Part shown: piece after piece, positions 28,522 through 44,769 of the stretch
How the letters are laid out: each line of letters opens with the position of its first letter
How positions within the stretch are numbered: the stretch's first letter is position 1
Assembly (NCBI GenBank): GCA_964016885.1
Contig: OZ024747.1
Location: 68,944,001-69,008,000 of the forward strand
From: Eledone cirrhosa
Taxonomy: Eukaryota
Direction: 5' to 3'
Length of the DNA: 64,000 bases
Notes under the pieces: model-generated
What the model was told of the DNA's origin: nothing
Databases searched by the model: none
Seen by the model: only the letters and a program-made list of their open reading frames with translations
Translations under genes and position numbers: made by a program

Positions 28522-28608
28522 TTCCACCAAACATAAACCTAATATAACTGTATAATTGCCTCCTGTGTTTTGTTCGTTCATTTTCAACTATATATATATA
28601 TATATATT

Positions 28609-28677
<69 letters not shown>

Positions 28678-28766
28678 ATAAATATATACACAAACACAAT
28701 TGTAAAATTATAATATAAAATTAAATTGTTTAGACCTACAAGTGAAGTCATTCTTTTCCTTTTTTA

Positions 28767-28802
<36 letters not shown>

Positions 28803-28847
28803 ATATGTATGTATATATATATATATATATGTATGTATATATGTATG

Positions 28848-29771
<924 letters not shown>

Positions 29772-29831
29772 TATATATACATATATATATATATACATAT
29801 ATACATACATACATAAATATACATATATATA

Positions 29832-29879
<48 letters not shown>

Positions 29880-29904
29880 CATACATACATATATATATAT
29901 ATAC

Positions 29905-30003
<99 letters not shown>

Positions 30004-30028
30004 CATACATACATATATATATATATAT

Positions 30029-31600
30029 ATGGGCTCTTAGAAAACTAGGTGTTGATGAATGGCTTGTGAGAGCTATACAAGCCATGTATAAAGAAACTGT
30101 TAGCAAGGTTAGAATTAACAACGAATATAGTGAAGAGTTTAGCGTAAAAGTTGGTGTTCATCAGGGCTCTGTTCTTAGCCCCCTACTATTTATTATTGCC
30201 CTTCAGGCTATAACAGTGGAGTTTAAGACCGGCTGCCGATGGGAACTCCTATACGCAGATGATCTAACGCTCATAGCTGAATCAATGGCCGAGCTAGAGA
30301 AGAAATTCCAAACATGGAAGCACAGCCTAGAATCAAAAGGCCTTAAAATTAACCTGGCTAAGACTAAAGTTCTAGTTTGTAGGAAAGAAAATAAGGCGCC
30401 GGTCCCTTCCGGGAAATGGCCATGCTCAGTGTGTAGGAAAGGCGTAGGTAGAAACTCCATTTTATGTCCCAAATGCAAAGTATGGGTGCATAAAAGATGT
30501 AGTGGGATCATAGGTAAGCTAACTAAGAACATAGATTTTACATGTGGCCGGTGCTCTGGTGCAATAAGTAGCAGCAAGTGCCCACAAAATACTAGCTCTT
30601 TCAATTGCGCAGAGGGTTCTATAGAAATAGAGGACAGCTTCCGTTACCTGGGTGACAAAATCAACAGTGGGGGAGGGTGCTCTGAAAGTACAGTAGCTAG
30701 AGTCAGAACTGGATGGAAAAAGTTCAGAGAGCTTATACCACTATTAGCCGCTAAAGGGTTCTCCCTAAAAATGAAAGGCAGGTTGTATGATACCTGCATA
30801 CGAACAGCAATGCTGCATGGCAGTGAGATCTGGGCATTGTGTGTAGAGGATATACGCAGACTGGAGAGAAACGAAGCTTGCATGCTCCGCTGGATGTGTA
30901 ATAGTAATATACGCGAACGGCAAAGCATAAACGAACTAAGGGAAAAATTAGAAATAAGAGGGATCAGATGTTGTTTACTCGAGAGAAGGCTACGTTGGTA
31001 TGGTCACGTAATGCGCATGAAAAATGACAGCTGTATAAAAAAGTGCAGGGCAATAAAGATAGACGGTAGCCATGGAGTAGGCAGACCCAGAAAAACCTGG
31101 GATGACCTGATAAACTCCGACCTCACACACTTACACCTCTCCAAGACAATGTCACTGGACCGAGATCTTTGGCGGCACTCAGTAATAGAGAAGACCCACC
31201 TTACCTAAATACAAAGTAAAACCTACTAGTCAGTAGGCATCTCTAACAAAATACACCCCCGTCCCACCACCCCCACCCCATCCACACCGCCCCTTTCAAT
31301 GTAAAGTTATGTTGGTGCCACAACATCCAGGCCGAAACAAATGAGATCGTGTAGGTGTCACGACAAAAAACACACAGTCCACGCTGTAATGTGGCCGTGT
31401 AGGCAACACGGTAAAAACCTCCCAGCCCCACACTGTAAATGTGGTTGGTGTTAGGAAGGGCATCCAGCTGTAGAAAACCAGCCAGACAGTCCTATGCGAG
31501 CAAGACAACCACTCTTGCCTCAAGTGGGAAAACTCCCATCCAAACCCATGCAAGCGTGGAACATGGACGTTAAACGATGATGATGATGATGATGATGATG
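30029..31600 (+). mobile_element. Longest RTE family A copy (partial RT with YADD, PHD-like finger, C-terminus, 3' UTR)
   Basis: Uninterrupted frame [13 protein letters not shown]...[13 protein letters not shown]...LLYADDL...FRYLG...RLRWYGHV to 31208; (GAT)n tail. Confidence 0.97.
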
Positions 31601-31658
31601 ATACATACATACATACACATATATATATATATATACATACACATATATATATATATAT

Positions 31659-31853
<195 letters not shown>

Positions 31854-32019
31854 TATATACATACAAACATTTATATATATATATACACACACACACACAT
31901 ATATATATATATTTATGTGTGTGTGTGTGTGAATATGTGGCACACCAGTGTGTTTGTAACATTGATTCACAACCACCTTTTCCTCTCAGACTCTATCACA
32001 GCAGGGATAATAACAGTAC

Positions 32020-32370
32020 TTGGGATGATGTTACTTGTCATCATCAATAGCATCATCATCATCAACATCACTACCATCACTACCATCACTACCATCACTA
32101 TCAACATCTATATGATCACTATAGCCCCTGCTCTAACAGAGATGTCTGGGAGTTACTCAACATCCACAACAGCAATATTGAATCATCATCACTACCACCA
32201 CCACCACTACTATCATCATCATCATCATCATCCCTTCCTCCTCCTCATCATCATCATCATCGTCGCTGCCACCTTCATCACCATCATCACCCACACATCA
32301 CCACCATCACCCCCACCCCCACCCCCGCCACCACCACCACCACCACCACCACCCATCATAACCATCACAT
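32020..32370. repeat. (CAT)n/(CAC)n trinucleotide low-complexity tract
   Basis: Direct reading. Confidence 0.85.
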
Positions 32371-32626
32371 CTGCCAACATTACTATTAGTTTTCCTCCTC
32401 TAACCTTCCTCTTCCTACTCCTCGCTACTCTATCTGGTTATGTCCAGCCTCATGGACGATGGCATTATTAAAAACAAAAACAAACAAAAAATAAAAAAAC
32501 ACAACTGACAGAAAAAGAAAAAGAACAAAGGAAGTAAAGAGAGAAAAAAAGTACTAAAAAAAAGTGATTATTACAGCTGTGTGTGTGTATGTGTGTGTAT
32601 GTGTGTATGTGTATGTGAATAGTGTG

Positions 32627-33605
32627 TCATCATCATCATCATCATCACCGTTTTACGTCCGTTCTTCCACGCTAGCATGGGTTAGACGGGTTGTCCTGTT
32701 GTGGGCAGTGTCTGGTCGGCTGACCATGCCTTGCTCATACAGGAACTGATCTGGCTTGATTTCTACAGCTGGATGCCCTTCCTAACACCAACCTCATTTA
32801 CAGTGAGTGCTGGGTGCTTTTTCGTGGCGCCTACACGTCCACTTTACAGTGTGGGCTGGGTGCTTTTTTGCCGTGGCACCTCCACGACCACCTTGCGGTG
32901 GGGGGGGGGGGGGGGGGCATATTGTTTATATGCTTCAGCATGTACCCATGGGAGGTCGGGTACCCTGTATTACTGCGTGACGCCAGAAGTCACGGTCGTG
33001 TGTCATTGACTTTGAGAGGTGTAGTTGGGTAAGGTCGGCTTTTATCACCTCATCCCAAGTCATCTTGGGTCTCCCCACTCCGCGGTTTCCATCAACTTCT
33101 AGTGCTCTGCACCTTTTTATGCAGCTGTCATCCTTCATACGCATCACATGTCCATACCAGCGTAACCGCCTCTCCTGCACGCAGCATTTGATTCCTCTTA
33201 TGCTCAGTCTCTCTCTCAATTCATTTATGCTTTGTCGTTCACGTATATTACTGTTACACATCCATCGGAGCATGCAGGCTTCGTTTCTCTCTAATCTACG
33301 TAAGTCTTCCACCTTCAGCGCCCAGGTCTCACTACCATGCAACATCGCTGTTCGGATACACGCATCATACAGTCTGCCTTTCATTCTGAGGGAGAAGCCT
33401 TTTGCAGCTAGCAGTGGTAGTAGTTCCCTAAACTTCTTCCATCCCGTTCTTACCCTAGTTATTGTACTTTCTGAGCACCCACCTCCGTTGCTAATTCGGT
33501 CACCTAGGTAGCAGAAGCTGTCTACTGTTTCTACAGGGCCCTCCCAGAGATTGGTGGTACTTGTTTCCTGTGGCTGTTTGCTTGCTGTTTCAGCACAGCT
33601 GCTGC
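32627..33605 (-). mobile_element. RTE family B 3' fragment
   Basis: VDSFCYLGDRISNGGGC...[12 protein letters not shown]...GRPKMTW; related to family A but with a distinct sequence and 3' UTR. Confidence 0.93.
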
Positions 33606-33609
33606 ATGT

Positions 33610-34097
33610 GTATATGTGTAAATATTTTTGTATGTGCATGTGTAAATGTGTATATATAAATATTTTTGAATATGTATGTATAAATATTTTTATATGAGTA
33701 AATGTGTAAATGTGTATGTGTAAATATTTTTGTATGTGTATGTGTAAATGTGTATGTGTAAATATTTTTGTATGTGTATGTGTAAATGTGTATTTGTAAA
33801 TATTTTTGTATGTGTATGTGTAAATGTGTATGTGTAAATATTTTTGTATGTGTATGTGTAAATGTGTATTTGTAAATATTTTTGTATGTGTATGTGTAAA
33901 TGTGTATGTGTAAATATTTTTGTATGTGTATGTGTAAATGTGTATTTGTAAATATTTTTGTATGTGTATGTGTAAATGTGTATGTGTAAATATTTTTGTA
34001 TGTGTATGTGTAAATGTGTATGTGTAAATATTTTTGTATGTGTATGTGTAAATGTGTATTTGTAAATATTTTTGTATGTGTATGTGTAAATGTGTAT
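33610..34097. repeat. 38-bp minisatellite, about 12 copies
   Basis: Unit TGTAAATATTTTTGTATGTGTATGTGTAAATGTGTATG. Confidence 0.93.
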
Positions 34098-34426
34098 ATG
34101 AGTTTATGTGTGTAGTAACTCCAAAGTGAACTTCTTGACCATTCGGCCTTGCTTTAGAATCAGAATGTTCTGAGTTTGATCTCACTGTGTGGTATCTTGG
34201 GCAAGTGTCATTTATCCTAACCTTGGACCAACCAACTTCCTTTTGAGTGAAATTGAGTAGCTGGACCCTATTTGGAAACCCATTGGATGAACGGTAGTTG
34301 TAGTTAAAGGAGCGAACCCTTCATGTTGATACTCCCTATTAATTTTACAAGCAGGCTGTACCATTGATTAAATTTCTAGAACATTCATTTTTGTAACCAA
34401 TGGAGGTCTATATGTGTAGTGTATAG

Positions 34427-34727
34427 TGTGGGTGAAAGTGGCGAGAATGGCCCGAGTGAATGGGCCTTCTCTCTATATCAGCCTGTAGGTTGAGGAAAAG
34501 GAGGAAGAGAGGAAAGGGGTACAAACTCTTCGTACTCCTGGAGATGAGGGTTGCACATTTTTTTTGGAGGTATGTGTTACCCATATGAAATGTCTCCCCC
34601 TATTTTTGAAAATCGATTAACTTTTAAATTATATTTGTGATAATATTTTACACGTTTTTATTGTATGTAAACTTCCCCCCTTTGTATTTGTCCCCTTCTT
34701 TTGTGCCTCTGTGGCTAATAAAGAAAC
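34427..34727 (+). mobile_element. Probable L1/Tx1-like LINE 3' end
   Basis: Short frame WVKVARMARVNGPSLYISL* followed by a UTR ending GTGGCTAATAAAGAAA; a similar end lies at 8832-8890 on the minus strand. Confidence 0.45.
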
Positions 34728-34838
34728 ATATCTATCTTTCTATCTATCTAGCAATCTATTTATCTATCTACTTATCATTTTCTTTCTCTCTTTCTCTCAC
34801 TCTCTCTCAATATATATATATGTATAATATATGTGTGC

Positions 34839-34890
<52 letters not shown>

Positions 34891-35154
34891 TAAAATAACA
34901 AATAAATATTTGCTCTACAGTTCTTATATATCTGATATATATTTATCCTTATCGAGCCCTCTTTGGATTTTAGTCTTCAAATTTATTATTATTACTATAT
35001 ATATATATTTATATATTTATATATATATTGCCACAACAGCAGTAGCAATAATAGTAGTAGCAATTGCAATAGTAGCTTTTAGATCCATTAACTCATAGCT
35101 GGCTGTTAGATACCTTTATTGAGTGATTTTTAATGGCAAGAAAATGGGGTGGTA

Positions 35155-35700
35155 TATAATAATAATAATAATAAAAATTATTGTGTACAGTGCTCAGGTG
35201 CACTACAACTAATCAAAGGTGCATGTATAGTACATAGAATAATGTACAAATGTCAGGAAAGCGAACAGTGTATGAGTCATAAAATGCACACAGACACAGA
35301 TGTGTGTGTGTATGGAGGGGGAATATCAGGTGTAGTGTTGGTGAATTTTGGGAAGTATGGGAGTTTTGAAGGATGCAGTGCCCCAGCAGCTAACAATGGA
35401 TGCAGGTAGTTTGTTCCATGCTTCAGCAACTCTGAGCATGAAAAAATGTTTTCGATAGTCATGGGAAGTGTACTGTTTCCTGATTTTGTAAGTCTTTCCA
35501 CGGGTGTTAGACATATGGAATTCAAAAAGGTACTCGGGTTGTTTTGGAAAGATGGTTAATAATCTTGTGGGTGTCTAGCAAGTCAGTTGCCAGATGTTGA
35601 AGCTTCAATGCATCCATGCCAAGGGAAGCAATGCATTCAGAGCATGGTAGATTGCTGATGGAGGGTATTTGTTCGGTTGCATGTCTCTGAACAGTTTCCA
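35155..35700 (-). mobile_element. CR1-clade LINE 3' fragment
   Basis: NTRGKTYKIRKQ...RKHFFMLRVAEAWNKLPASIV is a typical CR1 C-terminus; (ATT)n tail; a second 3'-end copy lies at about 27530-27592. Confidence 0.8.
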
Positions 35701-36342
35701 ACTATCCAACTATCAGTCAGGTTTATAGGGAAAACTGAACTGCCGACTTACTCAAAAAGTGAGGAACAGCAAGTCTTCATCTGCCTGGCAGCAATGGTGA
35801 AACAAAGCTGTATGATGGACCAATTTAAAAGGTTTGAGAACAGGATTCTTCCTCTTCAGTCAAACCATCATCAACTTCCTCAAGTAACACTTGAGGTGGT
35901 AGGTGAGGGTAGATTGGAAGGTGCTGCATTCTAGTGTGTTTTATAAAAGATGGGTGAGGGTGGTCAGATTGATAAGGTTGAAGGGCCTACTCTGACTATG
36001 ATTTTCTAAGCAGGAAGGAAAAATAAAAACAGAAGGCATTTTTAATAAGAGTAAGGTGACATAATAATCTAAGGTTTTGTATGAGGTTCTCCCTGGAATT
36101 ACCCTAAAGTGTAATCCCCACCCAATGGGGAAGTGTTCCTAGTTGACATTTGTTATTGTTTTGTATTGTTATCATGACTATTTATTACAATTACTATTAC
36201 CGTTATACCCACTGTTTTCCCTTTGGTGATGTCCCCCTTTTCATCAATCGATGTAAACCTTACACTGTGTTGTTTTTGTCCTTGTATTGTCTCCAGTGAC
36301 TTGGGACTGCATGGCATTATTATTATTATTTTTATTTTTATT

Positions 36343-36411
<69 letters not shown>

Positions 36412-36764
36412 CATTGGTTGTTGTTGTTATCATTGCAGGGGGCAGAGGACATTATAATAGTGTAAAATGATGAAAAATGGTTACGACCAGGAATTAAAAC
36501 TCAAACAGGGTGGACTCCGATGAGCATTCTTGTATTTATAACAGAATGATGATTGTGATGATGATAATGGCTATGATGGTTATGATGGTGTGGATGATGA
36601 CCACTATAATAATGACTGACCATTAAGGTAACAATGATGATGATGATGATAGTGGTGGTGATGAATGAAGTCAAAGGAATTTGCCAAAGGACAATTAGTG
36701 GTGCCAGTGGATAAAGGAGGAAAAGAGAAAGGAGAGAGGAATAAGAAAAAAGGAGTTAGAAGTA

Positions 36765-37650
<886 letters not shown>

Positions 37651-37796
37651 AAATTCAGTTGGAAGCTATAGCGTAGTATTTGTGATTAAAAAACTAGAAA
37701 ATACATAAATAACTGCGGAAGAGATATAACAATAATGATATATTGACTAAATATGTTGGTGAATCTATGGAAGTATATAAGACAACTAGACATCAG

Positions 37797-38564
37797 ACAA
37801 CAACTACAGAGAGAATGGAAGGTGCCTACATGGAACAACAACAACAACTACAGAGAGAATGGAAGGTGCCTACATGGAACAACAACAACAACTACAGAGA
37901 GAATGGAAGGTGTCTACATGGAACAACAACAACAACAACTACAGAGAGAATGGAAGGTGCCTACATGGAACAACAACAACAACTACAGATACAGAGAATG
38001 GAAGGTGCCTACATGGAACAACAACAACAACTACAGAGAGAATGGAAGGTGTCTACATGGAACAACAACAACAACTACAGAGAGAATGGAAGGTGCCTAC
38101 ATGGAACAACAACAACAACTACAGATACAGAGAATGGAAGGTGCCTACATGGAACAACAACAACTACAGAGAGAATGGAAGGTGTCTACATGGAACAACA
38201 ACAACAACTACAGAGAGAATGGAAGGTGTCTACATGGAACAACAACAACAACAACTACAGAGAGAATGGAAGGTGCCTACATGGAACAACAACAACAACA
38301 ACTACAGAGAGAATGGAAGGTGTCTACATGGAACAACAACAACAACAACTACAGAGAGAATGGAAGGTGTCTACATGGAACAACAACAACAACAACTACA
38401 GAGAGAATGGAAGGTGTCTACATGGAACAACAACAACAACTACAGAGAGAATGGAAGGTGTCTACATGGAACAACAACAACAACAACTACAGAGAGAATG
38501 GAAGGTGCCTACATGGAACAACAACAACAACTACAGATACAGAGAATGGAAGGTGCCTACATGG

Positions 38565-38602
<38 letters not shown>

Positions 38603-38645
38603 AAAACAGAAAATCAAAGGTTTCTACATGGAACAACAACAACTC
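37797..38645. repeat. Minisatellite of 41-50 bp with an embedded variable (ACA)n, about 17 copies
   Basis: Unit CTACAGAGAGAATGGAAGGTGYCTACATGGA(ACA)n. Confidence 0.95.
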
Positions 38646-39086
38646 TAAGAGAATCAAAGGTTCTTACATTGAACAAAAACAACAACAACACAAATAATTG
38701 ATTAATCCTTTTGTTAATATATTTCTAATGAAAGATGCAGCTTATGATTTTCAGATCCTTTTGAAAATAATTAAGGAGCACAGCTCAAACATGGCCCTCT
38801 CCCCCTTCCCCCTCTCTTTCTTCTGTGGCCCAAGAGTCCTTGTTTTTTTCCCTTTCTTCCTCTCATTTATGGCATTTATAGTCCTCTCCCCTACTTTCCC
38901 ATACAGCCAGATCTGCCCTTTTCCCCCTTCCCCCTTTTCTCATTACTTAATTTTGTTTTTATCTTTCTTTTTCATATTTATGTAATCATCAATGGTTTTT
39001 AAGCCAACTATGTCAATAAATTAAAAAAGTGTCAAAAAAAAAAAATTAAGAATTTGGAAGGGTTTAGTATATATATATGTATATAT

Positions 39087-39428
39087 GGAGGCACATGGCT
39101 TAGTGGTTAGAGCATTGGCCTTGCAATCGAAAGGTTGTGAGTTCAATTCTCAGACCGGGTGATGTGTTGTTTCCTTGAGCAAGACACTTTATTTCACATT
39201 GCTCCAGTTTACTCAGCTGTAGAAATGAGATGAAAGGGACTGAGGTCCATATCATTCCACTGCAAAGTGGTCGTGGAGGTGCCACGGCAAAAAAACACCC
39301 AGCACTCACTGTAAATGAGGTTGGTGTTAGGAAGGGCATCCAGCTGTAGAAATCAAGCCAGAATCAGTTCCCGTCCCACCCTTGCAAGCAGGGAAAAGCG
39401 GACGTAAAATGAAATGAATGATGAAATG
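39087..39428 (+). mobile_element. Full-length Meta-like tRNA SINE
   Basis: GGAGGCACATGGCTTAGTGGTTAGAGC...GAGTTCAATTC followed by the core and the RTE-type tail. Confidence 0.92.
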
Positions 39429-39448
39429 ATATATATATATATATATAT

Positions 39449-40481
39449 ATCATCATCATCATCATCATCATCAACGTTTAACGTCCGTGTTCCACGCTTG
39501 CATGGGTTTGGACGGGGGTTTTCCCACTTGAGGCAAGAGTGTTTGTCTTGCTCGCATAGGACTATCTGGCGGGTTTTCTACAGCTGGATGCCCTTCCTAA
39601 CACCAACCACATTTACAGTGTGGGGCTGGGAGGTTTTTACCGTGTTGCCTACACAGCCACATTACAGCATAGACTGTCTGGCAGGTTTTCTACAGCTGGA
39701 TGCCCTTCCTAACACCAACCACATTTACAGTGTGGGGCTGGGAGGTTTTTACCGTGTTGCCTACATGACCACATTACAGCGTGGACTGTGTCTACACGAT
39801 CTCATTTGTTTCGGCCTGGATGTTGTGGCACCAACATAACTTTACATTGAAGGGGCGGTGTGGATGGGGTGGGGGGTGGTGGGACGGGGGTGTATTTTGT
39901 TAGAGATGCCTACTGGCTGTAGTAGGTTTTACTTTGTATTTAGGTAAGGCGGGGCTTCTCTATTACTGAGTACCGCCAAAGGTCTCGGTCCAGTGATATT
40001 GTCTTGGAGAGGTCTAAGTGTGTGAGGTCAGAATTTATCAGCTCGTCCCAGGTTTTTCTGGGTCTGCCTACTCCGTAGCTACCGTCTATCTTTATTGCTC
40101 TGCCCTTTGTTATACAGCTGTCGTTTTTCATGCGCACCACGTGACCATACCAACGTAGCCTTCTCTCGAGTAAACAACATCTGATCCCTCTTATTTCTAA
40201 TTTTTTCCTTAGTTCGCTTATGCTTTGCTGTTCACGTATGTTACTATTACACATCCAGCGGAGCATGCAAGCTTCGTTCCTCTCTAGTCTGCGTATATCT
40301 TCTGCACACAATGCCCAGGTCTCACTGCCATGCAACATTGCTGTTCGTATGCAGGCATCATACAACCTGCCTTTCATTCTTAGGGAGAACCATTTAGCGG
40401 CTAATAGTGGTATAAGCTCTCTGAACTTTTTCCAACCAGTTCTGACTCTAGCTACTGTACTTTCAGAGCACCCTCCCCCAC
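39449..40481 (-). mobile_element. RTE family A 3' fragment with a tandem duplication in the 3' UTR
   Basis: [17 protein letters not shown]...EKPRLT; about 113 bp duplicated at 39560-39790. Confidence 0.95.
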
Positions 40482-40585
40482 TGAGCGAGACACGATTACC
40501 CGACCAATCTTGCCTCGAGTGGGACAACTCCCATCTAATCCATGCCAGCATGGAAGACGTTAAATGATGATGATGATGATGATGA
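40482..40585 (+). mobile_element. RTE-type 3' tail of another subfamily, fused in inverted orientation
   Basis: TCTTGCCTCGAGTGGGACAACTCCCATCTAATCCATGCCAGCATGGAAGACGTTAAA followed by (TGA)n. Confidence 0.75.
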
Positions 40586-40825
40586 TATATATATATGATC
40601 ACTTTTCATTTTAAGCTGTTATTTCGAACATAACTTAAGAAAGTTACTTACATAAAATTATCATGAAAGGTTTTAGATAAGCATAAACTCTTTGAAATAA
40701 ACAGGTTGTGTGGAGCTGTTTATTTGTTGAACCAGGAATGGTTTCAGTTGGTTCGGTATCAAAAGTAGAGGGGAAGAAAAAGAACATAAAATAAACAAAC
40801 AAATTGAGTGTAATTATTGACATTG

Positions 40826-41030
40826 CTGTTGTTTAGTCACAAGTCAGCCTGGATGGAGCAGATCAATAGCCAAAGACATTCTAGCCATGACCATCACATG
40901 TAGATCAGGAACTATATTGTTATCCAACATATCTTTTATTTAAGATGGTTAGGGTAAGGTTATGGTTTGAGGTATATTTAGTTGCCATTTCTAGCAAGTC
41001 AAGCAACCACATAGAGGCTCCCTTGGTGGT
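40826..41030 (+). mobile_element. Old interspersed repeat of undetermined class
   Basis: GTTGTTTA...GAGCAGATC...CTAGCCATGACCATC...ATTTCTAGCAAG, also seen at about 25315-25520, 55565-55850 and 55890-56060. Confidence 0.55.
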
Positions 41031-41387
41031 TCAACAATTGTATTTATGTAAGTTATACAACTGGTAGAAACTGATATATGCAAAAATGGTTGAAAACCTT
41101 TGAATAGCAGGGATTATCTTTGCAATTAGTTTTCAAAAATTTCCTTTAAGGTCTTTTTCCCAAAATAACAAGCAGGGTCTGCCCTTCATTACCCCTTCCC
41201 TGTTTTCTTATTACTTAATCTTGTTTTTCTTTCTTTTCCATATTTCCATCATTGAATAACAACTTTTTTATTTGTAATGTTATTTATAGAACTGTGAATA
41301 AAATTTTAGTGTGTTGCTAAAAAAGTTCTAAAACTAGATAATGACAGGAGATATCTTTAGAATCACAAGCCTTTCAATAATTCATAA

Positions 41388-41612
41388 GGCGGTGGATTGG
41401 CAGTATTGGTGGAGCATCGGACAACATGCTTTATGGCATAGAGTTATGCCCCTTTATGATCCGAGTTCAAAAAAAAATCCTGCTGAGATTAACTTTGCCT
41501 TTCATCCTTACAAGGTCTATGAAATAAAGTACCAGTAATGCACTGGGGTAGATTTAATCTGCTTTCCCTTCCCCAACATTTTTGGCCTTGTGCCTAAATC
41601 AGAAACCAATAA
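41388..41612 (+). mobile_element. Near-full Nin/Deu-like SINE (long subtype)
   Basis: GGCGGTGGATTGGCAG head, core, and GGCCTTGTGCC tail. Confidence 0.8.
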
Positions 41613-43074
41613 TCTTTTATAATATATTAGTGTATATTTAGCTAAATCTGAAATGAATTTATCAAAAAAGAATTGTCTTAGTGATTCTTCATGATATCAC
41701 TAATTGATTTATCTGACATTTAACTATAAAATCTCAAGCTTTGCTAAATTGACATTTGATAAAATACAAAAAGGAAATGATAATTAATTAAATAACATCT
41801 GCTTCTATTGAATAATAAAGCTGAAAATGACAACAGAAACAATGACAAAAACAAAATAAAACAATGACAGTAATAATAACACATACATCCAATCCAATCC
41901 AGGGTCTGCTCACTCCTGATGGAGGAACCCCTCCTTGGTTGACCTCCACTATTTTCTGTTTGATTTTGGTCATGTCAGGGATGTAGCTGTACTCAACAAC
42001 CTTGGCCAATTGCAGGTTGGTGAGGTTGTTGACTCTGAGGAGTGCCGTGACAAAACACATACCGTATACTCTGTAATGTGGATGGTGTTAAAAAGGGGTT
42101 TCCAGCTATAGAAACCATACTAAAAAAGGTTGAGAAGACTGTTTAGTCACAATAGAACAACCTCTCTTGGGCTGGTGCTAGGAAAAATGCACCCAGTACA
42201 CCTTGTAAGGTGGTTCATGATACAAAGGAAATCTAGCTGTAGAAACCATGCCAAAAAATGATCAAGAAGGATCTTCAGTTGTATCATGGTGGGCATCACA
42301 GGTGATAGAAAGGGCCTCCAGCTGTTGAAAATCTCCCAAACAAAGGGTCAAAAGGGTCTTCAGTTGTGTCACTAAAGAATTTGAAGCCTCATTATAATCA
42401 AGGTTTATCAGAAATGACCTCTTATTTTATGACAGAAAAAATATTGTGTAAATATTGATAATTTCAATGAAATATTGAGGAAAATATTTCACTGGAATAG
42501 TAAGAAAAATATTTTTAGTGAAATATTGAGTCAGCATTTCTGAAATATGGAATACATATTATATGAAATATGTGAGAAACATTTGTAAGAAATATTAAGA
42601 AAAAATATCTCAGTATAATAAATAATGAAGTTTTCACTGAAATATGGAGCATATATTGTATAAAATATTGAAGGGAATAAGTCAATGATGTATTGAGGGA
42701 AACAATTCTACAGTATATTAAGAAAAACCTATCAATAACATTTGGAGTCAGTATTGAATAAGATATTGAACTGTTTTTCACATATTTCAACAAAATATAT
42801 CACCAAATATTCTAACAGGAAAATATTTAAGCAACGTAATAAGTAAATAGCCAGAATAAATTGTTTTGTAGGTATTCTAGCTTGAGATAAGTGGAAATAT
42901 TTTTATGGTAAGAGGATGTCTAACATTCATAGAATTTTCTAGTGCTTTGGTTTATCATTTGCAGAAAAGTGATTTCAATACAGAATATTTTGCAGAGAGA
43001 CTATAGTCTCTGTACAGTATTCTGTAAGGTTTCACACAAGGTTATCATAACAACTAAAGTTTGGCACATATATA

Positions 43075-43292
43075 TAATGGTTTCTGATTCAGGCACTAGT
43101 CCAACAGTTTTTGGGGGAGGGGAAAGTCAATTAAATTGACCCCAGTACACTAATAGTACTTTATTTTATTGACACTGTAAGGATGAAAAGCAAAGACTAC
43201 CTAGGCTGAATTTGAACTCAGAATGTAAAGGGACGTAACACTATGCTGCAAAGCATGTTGGCCAATGCTCGATAGATACTACCAATCGACGG
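43075..43292 (-). mobile_element. Nin/Deu-like SINE, diverged
   Basis: Contains GTAAGGATGAAAAGCAAAG and TTTGAACTCAGA. Confidence 0.7.
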
Positions 43293-43725
43293 CTACATAT
43301 ATATATGGTAATAACACACACACATACACAGGTAATAACAAACACACATACACACATACATACACACATACACACATACACACATACATACACACATACA
43401 CACATACATTCATACATACATTCATACATACTCACATGCACACACACACAAAGACATAGACACATACATACATCTGCATATGCCACATTTTTCTGATTAT
43501 ATTAACTACAATTACAATCAGATCACTTTTTTGCCTCAGTACCAAGTAAGTAAATGTTGCTGAAGATGGACTAATGATCCTGAAATAGTATTTGCAATTT
43601 TCACACAATTATTGAGGGAACTGTGATCACAGTGAGACTTATGAGTTGGGTGTACTGTCATCCTTTTGCTGTGTGTGTGTGCGTGTGTATGTGTGAGTGT
43701 ATGTGTGTGAGTGTATGTGTGTGTG

Positions 43726-43783
<58 letters not shown>

Positions 43784-44149
43784 CACACACACAGACAACT
43801 AAACAGAAAAGAATGAAGCAAACAGCATAATGAAAATATATATTAGTTTAGCACTTGATATAGTAGAAGTGTCTTAACATTTTGGATGCTATGTATATAT
43901 ATGCACATATATATATTTATATATACACATACATACGTACACACACACATATATATATATATATAAAGCATATGTACATGTACAACACACACAGGCATAA
44001 AACCACTATGAAAGATTTTTGTCTATATTCCTCAAACAGGAAATTTGTCTGAAATCTATTTTATTTTTAGTTTCAAAAGTGATGGCTGAAAAGCTGAAAA
44101 TAGTAAAGATAAATTGCAATATATATATATATATGAATATATGTATATA

Positions 44150-44191
<42 letters not shown>

Positions 44192-44372
44192 TATATATTT
44201 ATATATGTACATATATATGAATGCATACATCATCATTATCATCATCACCGTTTTACGGCAACTTTTCCACATATGTATATATATATATTTATGTATATAT
44301 AGGCATATATATATATACATACATATATATACACACACACACATGATATATATATATATATATATATTGTTT

Positions 44373-44406
<34 letters not shown>

Positions 44407-44411
44407 TATAA

Positions 44412-44457
<46 letters not shown>

Positions 44458-44769
44458 TCTTGAAAATGTCCACAATATATAATCATGGCAATATTATCAT
44501 GGTGGGGTTAGACAAACTGTAGGATGACAGACTACATGCCTTTCATTCTTCCGTTTTGGTTTTAAATCTACCACATATAGGTTCATCATATGGAGAAAAC
44601 CTACACCACACACACACACACACTCATATATATGGGCATGTAAATACATATATCAACAGTCACACACACATGCATGCACACATAAATATGAAAACAAATA
44701 TATTCATTTACACATTTATATTAACATACAAACATATACACATTAATAGTTTAAAATGTCTAGCTAGTG

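Noticed and set aside
37743-38701. Poly-Q/N/T repeat proteins
   Set aside because: All three frames are open and the unit length shifts frame, indicating a minisatellite.
39087-39160. Functional tRNA gene
   Set aside because: It is the tRNA-like head of a multi-copy SINE and continues into the SINE core.
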